The notes: a model not told the origin generated them from the letters alone. Counted from the whole stretch's first letter, positions 10,791 through 24,759 are shown. The stretch: 63,402 bases of DNA, filler included, from Reticulomyxa filosa (GCA_000512085.1; 25 parts of 25 records of this genome joined end to end with filler, not necessarily neighbours in it), one strand, 5' to 3'. A program made the numbers and translations.

Positions 10791-11339
10791 TAGATAAGGT
10801 GTTATTTTAGGTATCAACTTTTTTTTGCATTCTACTGTAGTTATTCTCAAATCACGAGATAATCAGGTTAGTTTATGTCAATGTTGATATTGCATTTTTG
10901 CCCAGATGAAAAAATTAATGTATATTGTATTTTTCAACACATGTATAATTTTCTGTTGATATTTATTTTAAATGTATTCTGTTATTTTTTGTTGGCTTGA
11001 CACTAGATATAATTCAACATACTTTATATTACTGTTTACTGACTTTACCTGGTAACACTATCGATACTTATATATTTTTTGAAAAAATATTTTAAAATTT
11101 GAATGTAATTATTTTTCGATATTTGTACAAAGGTTTAAAAAGATATCTGCTNNNNNNNNNNNNNNNNNNNNNNNNNNNNNNNNNNNNNNNNNNNNTTAAT
11201 TAATTAANNNNNNNNNNNNNNNNNNNNNNNNNNNNNNNNNNNNNNNNNNNNAATATGTGTATGTTATTGTGGGAATTTGAAGAAAAGCTTTTTGTATGTT
11301 TGATGAAAGCGTAAAGAAAAAGAAAAAGAAAAAGACGTT

Positions 11340-11995
11340 TTACCAAAAAATATAATCAATATCCGTTACTTCCTTTCAATTACTCCCAACTTGGCCAAGA
11401 ATTTTCGATTTTTTGGACTTGTAGAAATTGATCTATTGATAAAAGATGATAGAGATTTTGTTATCTTAAATAAGGTGGACTTGTTATTATTGAAAATTCA
11501 AGTTCGAAATGGAACTGAAGTATTGGATGACTCGATGAAGGGATTTTACGTAAGGTCCAGTTAAACATTTTTTTTTTTGTTCTACGGAAAAAGTACGAAT
11601 AAAAAATTTGTGCAAAAAAAAAATAAAAAAAGATGGCGATCCTGCGTATTGTGATTTAATACAATTTAAAGGAACTTTTTATATAGTTATACCTGAAACA
11701 AAGTCGTTTTATTATATCAAAACTGTTGTTTTTGACAAATCAACAAGTCGGAATATTATGGTACGTGTATGGAATCAAATTGGAGAAAAAAATTATGCAA
11801 TTTTTGCTTGAGAAACAGCGTGCAAGTGCTTAGATTTTTGTGAAAAGTTAATTTTCTTTGGTGGGGTAAAAAAAAATTTACATAAGGTCTTATTTATTTA
11901 TTATATTGATATAATCAAAATTATAGATATTTTGAAATTGAATATCCGCTACCAAAATGTAATATTGTTGCAGTACCAGATTTTGCAGCAGGAGT
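11340..11995 (+). pseudogene. M1 family aminopeptidase (aminopeptidase N / puromycin-sensitive type) pseudogene fragment
   Basis: LDDSMKGFY, VRVW..GEKNYAIFA*ETACKCLDF and YFEIEYPLPKCNIVAVPDFAAG. There is an in-frame TGA, and similarity ends abruptly just inside the GAMEN motif. Confidence 0.8.
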
Positions 11996-12467
11996 ATTTG
12001 AATTGGATGTAATGTCAACAAGTCATCTAACTGAAATCAATGCACAAATCACTTGGCCAATTTTTTTCTTGATCACTCGGACCGGTGGAAGTGATATTTA
12101 TATTTTTGATTCTCCTTGATCTTTTTCTTGGATTTAGTGGACATGATATACCGGCATCAATGTTATCTCTTTTTCCACAATTGATGTTATCTAAGTCTCT
12201 TTTTTTTGGGTTTTTGCGTGTCAATATTTTATGTTTTACTTCTTCTTTGTTTAAATTTTGTTGATTGTGTCTTCGTCGTTTTGATCTAATATTATTTATA
12301 ATCTTTTTTTGTTCCATTTCATCATATTGTTCATCTTATTGTTCATCTTCATGTTCCTCTTATTCTTCATGTTCCTCTTCCTGTTCCTCTGTCTCTTCTT
12401 GTTTTTCTTCATATTTTTCTCCATCGTTATCATTTTTTTGGTATTCTTTATACGATTCATCATTATT

Positions 12468-13476
12468 CTATTCACATTTTATATCTATCTCACCGTCTTC
12501 AATTTCGTCTTTTATTTTGTTATCTTCTTCAATATTATTATTTTTTTGCCTAAAATATTTTTTATTCGGTGAAAGTGTTTTAGCGTATTTTGTTATTCGC
12601 ACAAATTCCAGCATTGCGTCTTCAAAAGAATTCATTTTCAACATTGGGTATACATTTATGGTGAACTTTCCGTTTGAATCGATACTATCAACTTCGAACC
12701 ACACGCACCTTGGATATGCTATCAACATCCCCACTTTTGCTCCACTCCATGCCATATAGCATGCGATCTGCAAAATTGGATTGACTAAAGATGTCTCAAT
12801 AGAAGCTTTTGTCTTTTTACTGTTGTTTCCTTTTTTATTTATATAAATTGTTTTGTGAAAATACAACAAAAAATTTAAACAAAATATTTATTAACTTGTA
12901 TTTTCTTCAATTATAGCATCAATATCACTACAGCCCTTTGTCCACATTTCATCAAGCTTATCTTTATTATTGTCAAATACTTCAATTTTTCCAGGTATTT
13001 TATAATCTATGACAATAAATGGATTTTCCAGTTCTGATTTACCATACATTATATTATTAGATGACCACATTAAATCGGGGAATACTGTAGATTTCATATC
13101 TATTTCTGTATCACTTTTTGATCCAGATATGGTCGCTTGCGATGCAACTTGTATATTACTATTAGTAATAGCTTCCAAAATATATTGCACCGATCGCATA
13201 ATATCCATGTTCTTTGTTTCTTTCTCAATATCATTAACTACGCAACCCCAATTTGAATTTAAAATTATAGGTAATTTTTGCAAATTCTTACCTGTAATTT
13301 TATCGTCCTTACATTCATCATAAGCACTCCAAAATTTATTATCGACAAATTTTATATTAATTAATTTGTGTTGTATCCTTGATTTCTTTATATTATATGC
13401 TGCGTTACCACATGTCATAGGATATGACGAATAATTTGCTTCTTTGTGAAATAATTCTTCGTCTTCATCTACTATT
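12468..13476 (-). CDS. PD-(D/E)xK restriction-endonuclease-fold protein (Crinkler/RHS-type REase-like), 5'-partial, with one intron at about 12821-12895
   Basis: VFPDLMW...FIVIDYK...ILQIACYM...VGMLIAYPRCVWF gives the PD, (D/E)xK, QxxxYM and GxLxxY.xxWF motif order seen in eukaryotic REase-fold effectors. Confidence 0.6.
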
Positions 13477-13576
13477 NNNNNNNNNNNNNNNNNNNNNNNN
13501 NNNNNNNNNNNNNNNNNNNNTTAATTAATTAANNNNNNNNNNNNNNNNNNNNNNNNNNNNNNNNNNNNNNNNNNNN

Positions 13577-16377
13577 TGTAATCTTATGTAAATATAATAT
13601 ATAAAAGTGAAAAAAAAAAAAGAAAACTTTCTGTTGAATGGCTTTCCACAAACGAGATGTGATCGTTGTTTCATTTGTGCCAACTTTTTCATTTGGATAC
13701 AATGCCTGCAATAGACTTTGTTCGTTCCAATCATGGCTATCAATTTTTTGTCCATCAATCTCTTGTTCAAAAAATCTGTGAACGTACTTTTCCAAATCAA
13801 AATCGTCCAAATCCCTTGCAAGTTCTCTTACTTCTTCTCTCACCCATTCACCCAATTTGTATGAGTCCATATCCGAAAAAGGTTTCTATATTTTAATGTA
13901 TGGAACAACTCAAGCATTTCACAAAATAGATAACAAAAGAAACATAACTACGCTCCACGAGTATTCAAGATGTGAGACAAATGAAGTCCACATCGACAAA
14001 GAGATATCCGACATTTGGACTTTTTCAAAAGCCAAGAAATATTTCTTCCAATCATTGAACAAAGTCCAATCTCTTTTGAATGCCTCTTTCAGAGTCAATT
14101 GAGGCCAGTCCTGTGCTGGTGTCATTTCCGTATACGATTTATGTAATTCTTGCAAGTCTTTGCCATAAAAGGCGGCTGAAATTCCACTTTTATAAAAAAA
14201 AATGCTGATTAACTCCACGTTTTTGGTTATTTCTTCAAATTCATCTGCCAATTTTGTGACAACTGAAACATTGACTGCATCGCTTCTCAACTCGAATGAT
14301 TCCCACAAACTTAATAACCTTTTTAGTCTTCTGTCCGTTACTAATATCTCCATTGATCCCACGCTAATCTCTTCTTGCATAATGCTTGTACACAAATGTT
14401 CAAACCATGAGCAATACTTATCCATTAAACTCACTTTGATATTTGGCATTAATTCATGCAGGAGACTTTTATTTTTTAAAACAGACAGTTTGACACAAAA
14501 TATGCAAATATACATTATGCATACAATACATACAAGTGTATTATATTCACTTAACCGCAATAATTGAAACCCTTCTTCAGAAGTAAAATAGAGGATAGGA
14601 TCGGTTGGACGGTCGCAACGAAGTAGATCTGTTTTGTCTAATAATTGTTCCATGAATTCCACGGCAAGCTTCGATAATGATCCATCTTTTGCCCACTTTT
14701 TAATTAGTTTGATGCTCTCCATTTGCTCGTTTTTATCCAAAAAAAGTTCTGTGCCTGGTCTATGTCTTGAAGTCTTTGTTGGTTTTGTTACCCATTGATG
14801 TGATATACTTTTGATTATTTTTTGTTTCACTGTCATTTTTTTGTTATTAGTGTAATCGTTGTTTTATGATATCTCAAAAAAAACTTAACAAGTGAGGGGC
14901 ATGGAGTCAATGGATAATAAATGCAGTTTATCGAGAAAAGAATTGTTTAAATATTCGGAGATAGATACGCTTTTGAGAACGGACTCGAATAAGTCCCAAT
15001 TCAAATTATGTTGGACAATTTGATCAACACAAAACAAAAGCCCATTTTCTATTAACCAAATGCTAAAGATTGAGGCTATTCCCGATCGAAGTTGAGGCTG
15101 AGGATTTGATGACTTGTCAACACAAACAAAATAAAGTTTAATTTCATTTATGTTGTTGTCATCATAATTTCAAAAAAAAAAATAAAACAGACAAACCTTC
15201 ATGATGTCGATATAAAAATGTAAAAGCCGGTTGTCTGATATCAATTGCGGAATTTCCAAAATTTTGAAGATGAGTGCATTGGAAGGAGTTGAAAACAATT
15301 GCAAAGTATCACAAAAAATATTGACGTCGTTTGACGTTTGGATTTGCTGGATTATATCATCAATAATCCACGCATTTACAATATTCAAAATATTTTCATT
15401 GGATTTGGTTCGACGAACCATTTCTCCAATTACTCTCATGCCCAATTCAAAGTTGTTTAAGCCAATTAATTTCTTCAATCCATCTTTGTATCTATCGAAC
15501 AACTTCACCATTATTCCCGGCGCATCAGATAGATGTTTTTCCATCAAATCCAATACTTTTATTTTTATTTTTTTTTAAATAATTCACGTGCAATTTGCTT
15601 TTCAAAGATGTTCAAAATGAAATTAACTCTCTTTCATCCAATCGACCACCGGCTCTGCACGTACATGACTGTGTCGCAGCAAATGAAAAAAATAAAATTC
15701 CTCTGATGGAAGTGGGCGGAATAACTTTCCAAAGAATTTCATTTCTTTTTCAACACAAGACAAAATATCAATTCTTGGTATAGTTAAAGAGATTGGTAAT
15801 TTTCTGATTTGATAGATTTGATCTAATTGTCGTAGAGGTGGAGAAATAGCACCAAACAGATTGTACCACAACAACCGTTGGTACCGCGCATCTCCCATTA
15901 CGTTTTCACTGGCTTTTTTGCACAGCGCGGATTGAATCATTTCCAATTTAACTCCAACCATTGCCGCCATTCTCTTTGCTATAACCTATTTCACACACAC
16001 ACACACACACGGATTGAAAATCATTGTTAACAATTAAGATTAATAAAAAAATTGCAATGTTTGTGATAAAATGGTACCGTTGGGTCCATTTTTGACTCGC
16101 AAAGAAAGTTGTAGAATTTAAAATAGGATTCAGGAAGTAAATGATCTGGTGCATAAAGGAGTTGTGCACAAAATCCAAACAAGCCATTGAGTACCTATTT
16201 TTATTTGTTTATTGAGGTTGCAATAATTTAGTTTTGTTAATGCATTCAACAAAATCAAAGATAAAGATAATGGACAAAACTCCTTCCCAAGGTGGGGCCT
16301 CAGTTCCATTTACCAATGTTGACAAATCAGCCCTAATAGTATCCACAAATTTTTTGATTAATTTTTTTTTGTCGACT
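13577..16377 (-). CDS. Internal part of a large multi-exon hypothetical helical protein with a SAM-like segment
   Basis: Consecutive minus-strand ORFs (16234-16377 region, 15623-15970, 15170-15553, 13919-14836, 13620-13870) are separated by T/A-rich introns. LGEWVREEV..DLEKYVHRFFEQEIDG resembles the SAM domain signature. Confidence 0.55.
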
Positions 16378-19300
16378 NNNNNNNNNNNNNNNNNNNNNNN
16401 NNNNNNNNNNNNNNNNNNNNNTTAATTAATTAANNNNNNNNNNNNNNNNNNNNNNNNNNNNNNNNNNNNNNNNNNNNCGAGTTTGTTTGATTTTTTTTGT
16501 TTGTTTGTTTTGTTTTTTAATAGCATGTTTTTGGATCAAATTTATGCGTACATAGTGGGTGCTGATCGTTTTTTTTTTTTTTTTTTTTTATGCGTATATG
16601 TTGACAGTGATGATGCTAGCGAAGAGGGACGTAGTAACAGCGAAAAAAGAAGACTTAAAACCTCACAACACAGACCAAGAACAGAAGTAACAATCGAAAG
16701 GTCTTGATCACATGTCCTGCAAACAAAAAAAAAAAACAACTCCAAAGTGCACTACCAACGGAATGTCGATATAGCATGCAGCATGGGCGATGCTTGTTTG
16801 CTATTTCTGAACCGTTCTTTCCTTTTTAAAATATCTTTTAACACTGTACCTTTATTGTTGTGTTTGATTGCTTAACTTTTAACCTTTTTTTCTCACTCTT
16901 TCTTAGTTTTAGATTGTTGTGTGTTTTTTAGTTTGTTCACACGTAAGAAATGTTCGAATCGAAAAAAAATAAACATAAATTAAGAAAATCAAAAGATAAA
17001 ACTATTTGTTTGTGAAAATCTCAAAAAAAAAAGTCCAATGTCTCGTGAACAAGAGATTTTTGCTGCTTGTCTCTTGAGAACTGATGTCACTTTTTCAAAT
17101 AAAAGGTAAATTTCATTTTTTTTTGAACCCTCTTTTGGTGTGTTGTTTGCAACAACTGAAAAGTATCTCAATTACTTTTTCACTCTGTGATCACTAGGCG
17201 GTCCAAAGGCTCAGAGAGGTTATAATGGACCAAAATTTAGCGGATTTTGGACTGAGATAAAGCGTCTGTCAAATCTAGACAATCACCGTTGCAAGAGGCT
17301 GAACAAAAATATTTTCTGGAAATTGAAACGTTTTTAATTCAAGAGAAAATGTGAATGTTTATAATATATGGTAAGGCCTATTACAATTTCTAAGTGTTAA
17401 GGGAGCGGTGGGCCCACAGTGAGCTAAAACCTTCACAAACACGACCCACTTTTGCCTTGTTTCTTTTCACTCTTTTCTATTTTGTTGCAATTACTGTTGT
17501 CAATTTATTTTCTCTTTACTGAAATTTGTTTTTGGAACTAAGTTCGTTTCGTATTACACTTAGTCTAGCTAACTGTCATACAGTAAGTTTTTTAAAATTT
17601 CGTCAACATTAAAGATTGCCTAGTATTCAAAGTTACAGTAATGATTTTATTTTGTTTTCTTCGTGGAAATAAATCAAAGATGTTTTTGATCTTTCATGAA
17701 GAAAACTGCAAATGTTTATAAGTATTCCTTTAAATTCAGTCCATTTTTATACAGTCACTTCCTTTTGATTCTTTTATCCCAATTTTACTTATTTTTTCAA
17801 GACAATTGCTTTTGCAAAGACAAAAACAATGAATTTATCCATTATTATGTCATTTTTTTACTTTATCTTATTTGTAACAAAAGAATGAAATCAATATTGG
17901 AAGATTATTTAAGACAAACACAAATTTTTAGAAATTAATTAATATACTTTACTTAAAGCTGTTCATCATTTCATGTTTGTGGAATATGCTGACTGTTACT
18001 TTGACTAACACAAAGTGTAATACGAAAATATTGCTATCTTAGTGATCTTTCAATAAAAACAAATGAAATAGCGAAGAAGAAACAAGAGAAAGTGATAATT
18101 GTATTTAGAAGTTTTGGAAAAAAGATATAATAAGATTTAATTACATGTCAAAAACAATAATACTGCACAAAATAAGTCTCATGAAGATAATCTATTTTTC
18201 TAAAATCAAAATAATAATTATTTTATTGTATGTATTGCTATAAAAATTTTATTAAAATCATAAATACATCCAAATTTAACTTATATGATTTTTATCTAAT
18301 ATTGAATAAAGTTAATTTAGTTTTTTAAAAATTTTATTTATTATTTGTATATTTATATAATTGAAATAAATAAATAAACAAATTATTAACTATATAGATA
18401 TCACATACAAGCACTTTCGTCTTCATGTGATTTTCTACTCCAATGGTGTATGAAAATTTATATAATGTAAGTGATCAAAGCATTATTGAGGTTTTATACT
18501 ACATCAAAGGTGGCAATTACATTAGAAAATGGTATTGTGTTTGAAGCCTTATATGGAGAAATCTGGCACGTCCTATGGTAGTGAGGACGGACCCAACTTC
18601 GATCCACACATAAGATCATTTACGTTTTTTTTATCAAAAATATCTATTAATAGATTTGTTCCTGAAAAAGAGTATTTTATTTGAATAATTTTCCTGCAAT
18701 AAATCTTTTTGGTGTTTACTAAATTATTAACTCTTGTATTTTGGCGAATGAAGCAATATTTGTTATAAAAAGAAAAACATTGTAATGGAAATTTTTTTCT
18801 TAAAATCAAATTATTAATTTCAAGGATAATTTTGTTTGGCCTGGCAGAAAAAGGCTTTCAATTGATTGAACTTATTGTGATAAGCCTCAACACAACAAAT
18901 AATATCAAAGAAAAGATACTGAAATGAAGGTTATTCACTGGCAACTGGCCTTGAACCTCTGTTGAACAAACAAAAAGCAAAGAGCATATTTTTTTCCCCG
19001 ATACACAAAACAAAACACAAGAAATACACTGCGTTTGTTATTTACCTTTTATACACATATATCTTTTTTTATAGATCCGTTTTCTTTCTTTCACTTTGTA
19101 TGGCAAGTCCCTATTATAAATATCTGAACCTCAAGGGAACGGAGGAATCCCCAGTAGGTTAAACTTCATTAACAACCTAATTCTTACTTTCTTACTTTTC
19201 TTTAATTTTCTTTTGTTATCTTGTTTTATTATTTAAATTATTTTCTTTTTACGAAACTCCGATTCTCTTCTAAGTAAACACCTCTCGTATTACAGTTGTG

Positions 19301-20780
19301 CACCAATACTACCAGCAGACGTCCCACACCATCCATTATGTTTTTTGTTTTGTTACAAGTTTGAAAATTTCGCGGTCTTTCGCGCACTGCGCTTGCCTAA
19401 TAATAAATTTAATTACAAAAAGATATATTGATGATTTATTTTTATTTTTTTTTATGGATGGATGATACTTGTACGTTTGAACCAGTAAGTTAAATTCACG
19501 TTTATCACAATGATCTTGTATTTCCAGAAGACTTAAATGTTGATGTATATTCGCTACTAAAAAAAAAAGTTTATGGAAGGAAAGTTTCTTTGTTCACTCC
19601 TTCAAGAAAAGAAATAACTGATGTTATTAACCTTTTAATTAAACACATTAAATGCTTTATCTCATTCTGACTTTCACAATGCAAACAAAAAATTGTTCTA
19701 ACACATTAGAACTGTTTTTGTTTTCGTAATTTTCAGATTCAATTTGGCAGGCAGATATAACATAATTATATTACTGTTTGATAAGATACGTCCTAAGTTT
19801 ATGCTTGCAGTATACAATAATTTAACCACCAGGAAAATGTTTCATTTCATTCAAATTTGAATATCCTGCAAACACAGTATAATGCAAAAAAAGATGGCAA
19901 AACAACACTAAGTAAATTTTTTAATATGACTTGGTTTCTTGTTCCATCTTTCTTTTTGATATTTTTCAAAAAATTCTTGAAATAACTAAATTAAATAGTT
20001 TTCTTTAAAAAAAAGTTTTGTCATAAAAAGGATTAAAGATGAACAAAGATCAAAATTATGTTTAAAGAATGCTATTTTAAATTATTTTCTAAATTTACAT
20101 TCAATATTCGAGTCATAATATTCCTTTTTTATTATATGAACAAATGACTTATGACATTAAATTGAATTTTGAAACGAAACAAAATTTATTGAAAACATGA
20201 TATAGTAGTTTTTTATCAAAACATTCTTTTTATTGTGATTTATCAATTAATACATTTACTTAAATTCTCTATTCTTCAAATTCAAGCTGTGTCAAATTTG
20301 ACTTAAACATAAAACAAATGAGCAGTTGTTACATGAGCGAACATACTATATTTGATACCAAGGAGTTGTATATCAGAATGCTTAGTTAAATTATATTACA
20401 TAACCACAAGTGACTTATACTGACGAATAGTTAGTTTATTCTGTTTTTAATTAAAAAAACTATGTTTAATCTTAGTTAAAGCAGTTAATAAACATAATGA
20501 CAATATTTTAAGTTTGATGTCAATGAAAAATCTCAAAAGAAAAAAAGCATTCAAAGAGAAAAGTAAGAAAACATTTTTCGGCATATTAGTATTTACAAGC
20601 AATTTTTTGATGAATTATCTTGCAAAAATTTTGTAAGACACAAGTTAACAAGTATAATGTTTTCCATTAGTAATATCTTAGTTGTTTGCAAAAAAAGAGT
20701 GATAAATAATCAAAGTTTCACAAATTAGACTTGCTTTATTGAGGCAAATCCAATTGTGATATACCAACAAAGTACGTTAA

Positions 20781-21062
20781 TCAAATAGGAACTCTAGTAG
20801 TATTCCATTCAGTGAAGAAGCTTTCAAACACAAAATGATGGTACGTCAGATAAGGAGCATCCCACGAGTATCCTTCGCTATTGGAATTAGAGATCCAAAA
20901 CTCGGTATAGCCAGATTGATGATAAACGATGCTATGTTCAGTTTGACCTTCCGCAACCGCTTGCATCAGCATTACAAAATCCTTTTCGTCAAAGTATCCT
21001 TTTGTGCGGTTGACCGAAAGGATTACGTTGCGTGCAGCTTCATATCTCCAGCTCGATCTGTT
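20781..21062 (-). CDS. Terminal exon of a probable Ntn-hydrolase (peptidase C45 / acid-ceramidase-like) protein
   Basis: After a TGTGTTAG acceptor the frame reads NRSSWRYEAARNVI...LMQAVAEGQTEHSIVYHQSGYTEFWISNS..WDAPYLTYHHF*, resembling the SxxRY...TxxSIV C-terminus of C45 proteins. Confidence 0.45.
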   Translation of the reverse strand, partial: NRSSWRYEAARNVILSVNRTKGYFDEKDFVMLMQAVAEGQTEHSIVYHQSGYTEFWISNSNSEGYSWDAPYLTYHHFVFESFFTEWNTTRVPI

Positions 21063-21098
21063 CTAACACAGATAAGAACATAAAAGTGGCAAATGAGC

Positions 21099-21132
<34 letters not shown>

Positions 21133-24100
21133 NNNNNNNNNNNNNNNNNNNNNNNNNNNNNNNNNNNNNNNNNNNNTTAATTAATTAANNNNNNNNNNNN
21201 NNNNNNNNNNNNNNNNNNNNNNNNNNNNNNNNCGAGTCGTTTGATGAGCATAGGGATGGCCACAAAAAGGGATAGGAGGAAGAAGAAATAGACAAAATGT
21301 CACGTGCGAAAACAAACGACATAATCACTCCATCAATTCGTCCCGGCGCAATCACAAATAGCAGTGGTTGGCATAGCGATTAGTCCAATACCCGTCATGC
21401 AAATCCCAAATATCAACAGAAACTGTCACATGTTGACCAATTCGAGCTTAGCAATTCCTATTCCGTTTCTACTACCGCTACGATAGATCGCATGAATTCT
21501 GCGGACATGGTTGTTTGTCACACGCTATCTATTTTTATTTCAAGATTTGCGTTTATCTACGCATACATTATTACATAAATATACATATATACATCTGTCA
21601 ACATATTCAACAAAATATAGTTTAAAATTGAATAAAGACTTAGTGTTCAAGCAAGTCAGATTGCGTCCTCGTATAGCTTAGTAATGAATCATAATACGGC
21701 TTTAAATTAAATATAAAGATAATTGAGAATACAAATTATGTAAGAAATTTAGTGTAATAGCATAATATTATAAAGATTGAAACTATATTACAAATATTAA
21801 AAACTTTAGCCAATGTCAACAATAATAACTGAAATTGACAAATAATATGCTTTTTTACCATTGCATGGGAAAAAAAATATTATCTTCGCGTACTTCATCG
21901 ATATAGTGCTGCTATTAGGCTTCAATAATATTTGCTTTTGTCAATACTTTTCGATTTGCTAATCTCTTGTCCTCTGCCTTTAGACTCAGTGACAAAAATT
22001 TTTCTATATCTTCTAATTGTTCTTTCTTATTGCCATTACTGACAGAATTGTTGTTATTTTAATATTTATCAAGGGATAATATAGAATAAATTTTGTAAAA
22101 ACTTTAATTAAAAACCCTTTGCAAAGAAAAGTTCGTTTTCAGAATTTAAAATTATTGCAACACAATAATCATTACTGACTTTGATATAAAGTAATTGTAC
22201 CATATTTTAGTTGTACTATTAAATATTAGTATATTTAATGGATTAGAATTTAGTCAAATCAAATACACTAATATTACCTTTATAATAAGTGATAACAAAT
22301 AGTTGTTTCTTCCACCAACCACTGCAAGCACTCCACGATAATTACCTCCTTCATAACAATCCAATCAAAATGCTAGAAAGGATGTTGAATGGTGTCATGT
22401 TTTAAGTCTTTGTAATAATAACCAAAACTTTTCTTCGGTGGTATCCGTTGAACGCATTTGGAGACATGGAAATACCGAGTAGACATGAATAACAACGAGA
22501 TGACTACATGGATGAAATAGCTTTCACAGATTTTTGAGCAATGCAAGACACGAAGCGTCATATTGATTCTTTTTGTAATTGTTCCAATGGAATAAGATTA
22601 TTGAAAGAAAGCCACCACTCGATGTAACGTTATAATCACGCTAAGATGAATGTGATGATATTTGCCAACAGATCACAAAGTAAGGGAACATCATATTTCA
22701 ATCCAATTAGATTGATTTTATTCTTGTCATTGTTTTTTTTTATATACGATAAAAAGAAAACTGGTGATCAATAATATTTGTAAGCTGGAATAATTATCAT
22801 TTTCAAACGTGCTTCTATTTTGATAACACATTTATGACAACATAATTGTCATTTTTATACGATTGTACGCAAAGATCAAATTTCTATGTTATTATAAATT
22901 TGTGAGATTGTATGACAAAAAATTTCAAGTATGTATTCTTATTTTTCCATTGAAATTGAAATTAGCTCTAAAGGATAAATTTATCTTTTTCATTATANNN
23001 NNNNNNNNNNNNNNNNNNNNNNNNNNNNNNNNNNNNNNNNNTTAATTAATTAANNNNNNNNNNNNNNNNNNNNNNNNNNNNNNNNNNNNNNNNNNNNTGA
23101 TTAGATTTCAGGGACAAAAAAGTGCAGCTGAAATGTGGTCGAGCTTTATAGGCGTTGAGATGTTTGATCAACTATGGAAATGGACAGACAATGTTTAACT
23201 TCTGTTGTGTACATATATTTGAGATCTGAAACAAGCAAAAAAAAAAAAAAAAAAAAGGAAGAAAAAAAAGAAGAGAAAATAAGTCTAACAGAGAATAGAG
23301 AAAAGATACACACATATATGCAAGTTCGGTTATACGTCTTTGCATGAATTTGCCTGGCACCAAACAGAAAAGAGTATAGTGGAATTCTGGCTCAACACTA
23401 TCAAGGAAGACACTATTATAAGATTATGGAAAACTAAAACCCATGTTTCGCATTCTATGCCCAAACTTTCTTGTCTTTTATGCTTGTGAATATTTGAAGC
23501 TTCTTGCACATCACGTAATATGATATCACAAAAACAAACAACATTACACCAAGTTTGGAGAGACACCAGTTCATAAACTCGTTACCACACAAGATACCGA
23601 AATTTTGGAACTATTTTTGTCTCGCATTCCTATTGGAATAATTGATGAAATTTTCAACGTAAAAAACCATGTACGATTTAATTTGTGAGAAAATGTTCAA
23701 CGTGCCTCTTTTTAATTATGCTACATTATTGTGTGCATTCGTGCATAGTTTCGAAAAACGGCTTTAGAATTGATCAAGGACAAAACATGTGATAAAGAAT
23801 TAATGCACAAATTTGAACAAATGTTAGATTGGCTGCTAAACCAAAAAAAAAATGAAGAATCCAAAGAATTTGATGAAGAGGTAAAGATGTGGTTAGAAGA
23901 AGAAATGAAGAAAGAAAAGGAAAAAAAAGAAAACAATGAAGAAGAGAAAAATGAAAAAATGTACAGATTCTGGTTTGTAAAAATGTTACAATGGCATCAA
24001 TTAAAAATTAAAGGGTAAAGATATGCCTCCAAATTCTAGTCCATTGATTATTTGTGGTAGAATTTCCACATTTCTTAGTTCGTCATAACTAAAAGTATCT

Positions 24101-24759
24101 AAATTTTTTTGGTTCCGAGAATGTAAATATTTCATTCGGCTCCTTTTTCGCAACAACGATATAGAATCGATCGAATTTCATCATATCTACCTTATATTCA
24201 AGAATAAGTCACAATTTCTATGTTATAATTGTTTGATATTTGTACAAAAACCAATTAAGATTATCATATAGTAAATAGCAAAATTTTGAAAATTGAACAA
24301 AGCCAATGTTTTTTTAAAAATTGTGTAATTTGTGCAGCCATTTTTGTGTTTCATTTTGTTAAGTTGGCAATTTTTTTATCAACACACGAGAAAAATAAAA
24401 CATGTATTGTTTATTCAAATCTTCAAAATTCACAAATGCCAATATACAGTAAGTTGCAAAGAAAACTGAACGCCTAAAACATATCTTATGATGATAATTA
24501 ATTTTCTCCATGAAAAATCAACATTTAGACCTAATTTTTTTTTTTAAAAATATCTACAAGTCTTGTAGTTTTTAAATATGATATTGATTTTTTAATAACT
24601 TTTTTTTTTGTGCTGAAATCAACATTATTTCAAATGATTTTTGAAAATTCTGCGAGANNNNNNNNNNNNNNNNNNNNNNNNNNNNNNNNNNNNNNNNNNN
24701 NTTAATTAATTAANNNNNNNNNNNNNNNNNNNNNNNNNNNNNNNNNNNNNNNNNNNNAA

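Noticed and set aside
12027-12470. Ciliate-type genetic code (TAA/TAG = Gln) suggested by in-frame stops
   Set aside because: The nuclease core and all other intact genes lack in-frame TAA/TAG, and several genes terminate with TAA or TAG.
12265-12759. Ser/Phe-rich + strand ORFs resembling membrane proteins
   Set aside because: They are the antisense translation of the Glu/Lys-rich tail on the minus strand.
21233-24020. Coding-like patches on two small contigs
   Set aside because: Frames are broken by stops and no family could be recognised. They are probably decayed genes, but this cannot be supported.
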